From Candidatus Eiseniibacteriota bacterium (GTDB taxonomy: Bacteria; Eisenbacteria; RBG-16-71-46; CAZAMP01), in contig OZ245046.1 in NCBI GenBank assembly GCA_965224245.1, forward strand, positions 5,888,001 to 5,952,000: a stretch of 64,000 bases of DNA, written 5' to 3'. The translations under genes and the position numbers were made by a program. The notes below the pieces were generated by a model. The model searched no databases and was not told the DNA's origin. It was given only the letters and a program-made list of their open reading frames with translations. Shown in pieces: positions 61,048 to 64,000 of the stretch. How positions within the stretch are numbered: the first letter of the stretch is position 1; each line of letters opens with the position of its first letter.

Positions 61048-62382
61048 TCAGCGGGCCCTGTCGAGCAGCGTCACGCTCTCGAAGTGGTACGTCTGGGGGA
61101 AGAAGTCGAACGGCACCGAGCGCACGTGTCGGTACCCGCCGGCGCGAAGGCGTGCGATGTCGCGGGCCAGCGTACCGGGCTCGCAGGAGACGTAGATGAT
61201 TCTCTCCGGTGCGAACTTGTCTAGCGACGCGACGACGGGAAGAGGGAGACCCGACCGCGGCGGATCCACGACGGCCAGTGCGAGGGAGCCCTTGAAGTTC
61301 ATCGTGGGCAGGAGCCGCTCGACCGGCCCCGGCACGAAGCGCACGTTGCCGATGCCGGCGCGCCGGATGGCGGCCTCGCCCGCGCGGACGGCGGCCTCGG
61401 AGCCCTCGAGGCACCACACGCGGGCCGCCTCTCCGGCGAACGCCGCGGCCAGGAATCCGACGCCGGCGAAGAGGTCGACCGCGCGATCGCGCGGCGTCAG
61501 CGCCGCCCACTCGGCCACGTGCTCGGCCAGCCGGACGGCCAGGGGAGGGTTCACCTGATAGAACGCCCGCGACGGCAGCCGCCACGAGGCCCAGGGGGTC
61601 TCCAAAACGATGGGGGGCGGCGTCGCCGACGGCGCGCTCCGGCGCGTCCGGCCCTCGTTCCAGAACACGAACGTGCCCCGCTCCTCACGCTCATCGAGAA
61701 CCTGCAACAGAGGGGTCGCGAGCGACTCGGTGCCCGGCTGGAGATACACGTGAACGGTCCTCGCCGGATGGCCGGTCCGGATCTCGACGTCGCCGTTCAC
61801 GTCCGACGCGCGCTCGGCCGCGTCGGCCAGCGCCCCGATCGTTGCGTCCACCCGCGGGTGCGCGATCGGGCAGCCGTCGATCTCGGTCAGCGCGCGGCCG
61901 TCTTCCGAGACGTACCCGACGGCCACCGCGCCCGTCCCGTCGGTGTGGGCATGCAGCGTCACGCGATGGCGGTACGCCCACGCGTCGCCGGTGACGATCG
62001 GATCGATGGCGGGGCTCCGGACCTTCGCCACGCGCTCCAGGAGATCGTGCAGCACCTGCTCGCGTCCGGCTCGCTGCGTCGGGGCGTCGACGTGCTGCCA
62101 GTGGCAGCCGCCGCACGAATCGTAGAACGCGCACCTCGGCGCGATGCGTTCGGCGGCGGGATGGAGGATCTCGACGAGCTCCGAGCGCGCGAACGAGCGC
62201 CGCACGTCGCGCGCGACCACGCGGACGCGCTCGCCGGGCGCGCCGCCCGGGACGAAGTGCACGAAGCCGTCGTGCCGGCCCACGGCCACGCCGCCGTGGC
62301 CGATGCCCGACAGCGTCAGCTCGATCTCGCTTCCGGGTGCCGGTGCCACCGCCGTCGTCTCGTCGTGTTCTTCGTCGGTCAT
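61048..62382 (-). CDS. rlmD: 23S rRNA m5U methyltransferase with TRAM domain (RlmD/TrmA family)
   Basis: TRAM, CAFYDSCGGCHWQH, AFYQVN, DLFAGVG, VDPPRSG, YVSCEPGTLARD, DFFPQTYHFE. Confidence 0.9.
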   Translation of the reverse strand: MTDEEHDETTAVAPAPGSEIELTLSGIGHGGVAVGRHDGFVHFVPGGAPGERVRVVARDVRRSFARSELVEILHPAAERIAPRCAFYDSCGGCHWQHVDAPTQRAGREQVLHDLLERVAKVRSPAIDPIVTGDAWAYRHRVTLHAHTDGTGAVAVGYVSEDGRALTEIDGCPIAHPRVDATIGALADAAERASDVNGDVEIRTGHPARTVHVYLQPGTESLATPLLQVLDEREERGTFVFWNEGRTRRSAPSATPPPIVLETPWASWRLPSRAFYQVNPPLAVRLAEHVAEWAALTPRDRAVDLFAGVGFLAAAFAGEAARVWCLEGSEAAVRAGEAAIRRAGIGNVRFVPGPVERLLPTMNFKGSLALAVVDPPRSGLPLPVVASLDKFAPERIIYVSCEPGTLARDIARLRAGGYRHVRSVPFDFFPQTYHFESVTLLDRAR

Positions 62383-64000
62383 GTCGTTCCTCGGTCCGGG
62401 GGCGCGGACGGGCGACCATCGCTGCCCCCCGCGCGATCCGGGTCCTCCGATGCCGGGTCCTCGTCGGCCGTCCTGAGGGTGTTCAGGTCGGCGGGCTCCA
62501 CCATGATCGTCTTCTCCTGACGGTGCGCGGCCAGACCCGGCGCCGACTTCCGTGGCTTCCAGACGTACTTCTTCAGCGTGTAGACGACCGGCACCGATCC
62601 CGAGTGCCGGGCCTTGCTGAAGGCCGCCGCCAGCGCGGCGGCCTCTTCCAGCGTGCGCCGACTGGGGTTGTCCTTCTTGCCCTCACGCCGGAGGATCACG
62701 TGCGAGCCCGCCACTCCCTGTGCATGCAGCCAGATGTCGTCGGGCTTGGCGAAGCGGTGCGTCAGCCAGTCGTTCTCGGCGTTCGTCCGACCGACGAGTA
62801 TCGTCCATCCGTCGCTCGAACGGTAGCGTCTCGGGTGGAAACCACGCTCGCCCGGCCGGGCGGGTCGGTCGCGGGTCCCTCTGGCGCGGCCGGGCCTGGA
62901 GACGACGCGGTAGCGCTCGAGGCGCTCGCCCAGACCGGACAGCTCGTCGTCCGACCAGGCCTCCCGGGGACGGTCCAGCCGCAGGTCGATCCACTCGAGG
63001 TCGTGCCCCAGGCGCTCGGCGCGTGCGCGCACGAGATCGACCGCTCGCTTGCCGCGCTCGGCGCGCTTGATGTAGGCCGCGCCGTTCTCGATGGCGCTGA
63101 TCTTCGGATCGACCGGAATCTCGAGCGGATCGCCGTCGGGATCGAAGACGTCCGGCACGGTCACCCGCCTCGCGCCGCGTGGCACGAGATCGGGCCGGGC
63201 CATGAGCGCGCTCCCGAAGCGCTCCCAGGTCGGCCAGGCATCCGCGCGTTCCTGATCGGCGCGACACGCGTCGAGCGCCCGGGCGATGCGCTTGTGCAGG
63301 GCTCTCAGACGCTCGGAGAAGGCCCGTGCCTCGGCCGCCAGGCGAGCCTCGCGTCTGGCCAGCACGTAGGCGTGCCGTGCGGCCTCGTCGACCGTGGCCA
63401 CCCGCATCACGCTCTCGTGCGGCGGCAGCGGACCCGGGGTCACCACCAACCGGTCCACGATGCGGACGACGTGCACGCCGTCCGACGTGATGCGCGTCCG
63501 GGCCAGCTCGAGCGCGTCGTCCCAGCGGGTCGCATCCGAGAGGAGGCTGTCGGCGAGGCGACGCTCCACGCCGGGCCAGCGCACGCCGGTGGGGGCGTCG
63601 GGCGGCGCATAGGTCGACCCGGGCTCCAGTCGCTCCCGTCGCCGAGCGCCGTTCCGGTGGGCGTGGAGGATGGTGTCCCGGGGCGAGAGCCACGCGATGG
63701 CCGGTCGTGCCCCCATCAGCTCGACCACGAGCCGGTGAGACCCGGTACCCAGCTCGAGGATGCGTTCTCCGGGGAGCACCGTGAAGGACGTCAGCCGTCG
63801 TCCGATCAGGGCACCGGAGATCGCCGATGGGAACCCGCCGCCCTCACGCGGCGTCCGATCGTCCACGAAGATCGCCGGATCGGGACGGTCGAGCGTGATC
63901 GAGAGCCAGGGTCCGGGGCCGTTCTCGCGTGCGACCGCGATCGCGACCTGCCACGGGCCACCGGCGACCACCGACACGATGGGTCGTCCGACCCAGTCCG
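62379..64000 (-). CDS. rqcH: RqcH/FbpA (NFACT) ribosome quality control protein, 5' end outside window
   Basis: ERILEL, LVVELMG, ENGAAYIKR, ILVGRTNAENDWLT, DIWLHAQGVAGSHV, AAAFSKA, KKYVWKP. Confidence 0.9.
   Translation of the reverse strand, partial: DWVGRPIVSVVAGGPWQVAIAVARENGPGPWLSITLDRPDPAIFVDDRTPREGGGFPSAISGALIGRRLTSFTVLPGERILELGTGSHRLVVELMGARPAIAWLSPRDTILHAHRNGARRRERLEPGSTYAPPDAPTGVRWPGVERRLADSLLSDATRWDDALELARTRITSDGVHVVRIVDRLVVTPGPLPPHESVMRVATVDEAARHAYVLARREARLAAEARAFSERLRALHKRIARALDACRADQERADAWPTWERFGSALMARPDLVPRGARRVTVPDVFDPDGDPLEIPVDPKISAIENGAAYIKRAERGKRAVDLVRARAERLGHDLEWIDLRLDRPREAWSDDELSGLGERLERYRVVSRPGRARGTRDRPARPGERGFHPRRYRSSDGWTILVGRTNAENDWLTHRFAKPDDIWLHAQGVAGSHVILRREGKKDNPSRRTLEEAAALAAAFSKARHSGSVPVVYTLKKYVWKPRKSAPGLAAHRQEKTIMVEPADLNTLRTADEDPASEDPDRAGGSDGRPSAPPDRGTT

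Overview
A gene-dense, very GC-rich bacterial chromosomal segment with about 53 genes. I saw no rRNA, tRNA, CRISPR array, integrase or transposase. Left to right: partial hppA; a membrane HD-GYP gene and two tandem PilT ATPases; tricorn-like S41 protease, ACT protein and an ECF sigma/anti-sigma/YbjQ trio; alr; a stand-alone Clp D2-only AAA+ protein; an enoyl-CoA hydratase; a polyphosphate cluster (ppk1 convergent with CYTH-CHAD/sixA/ppx); mutY-moaA-moaD-moaE; unknown protein-fahA-DUF432-mscS; corA/LEA2/mgtE; a complete reductive pyrimidine catabolism operon interrupted by a Cys-rich secreted orphan; ygfZ-fdx-ABC transporter-egtD-NCS2-methyltransferase; gap; an ECF/anti-sigma/frameshifted DUF4097 trio divergent from blaI/blaR1-ankyrin; an exported M1 aminopeptidase; an LVIVD/FlgD-Ig protein; a GT-C glycosyltransferase, rlmD and partial rqcH. 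The C-terminal tails of the secreted proteins suggest an Eisenbacteria/Krumholzibacteria-like lineage (inference). Best leads: (1) a Clp D2-only protein that keeps the ClpP-docking IGF loop but has lost Walker B, pore loop and sensor 1; (2) a BlaR1 with an acidic ankyrin sensor, a visible BlaI operator and a downstream exported peptidase; (3) a putative 'WGxIK' C-terminal sorting tail; (4) an HD-GYP lacking one metal site behind tandem pilT genes; (5) orphan egtD next to a betaine-family ABC importer. All calls come from motif recognition by eye; no searches were run.
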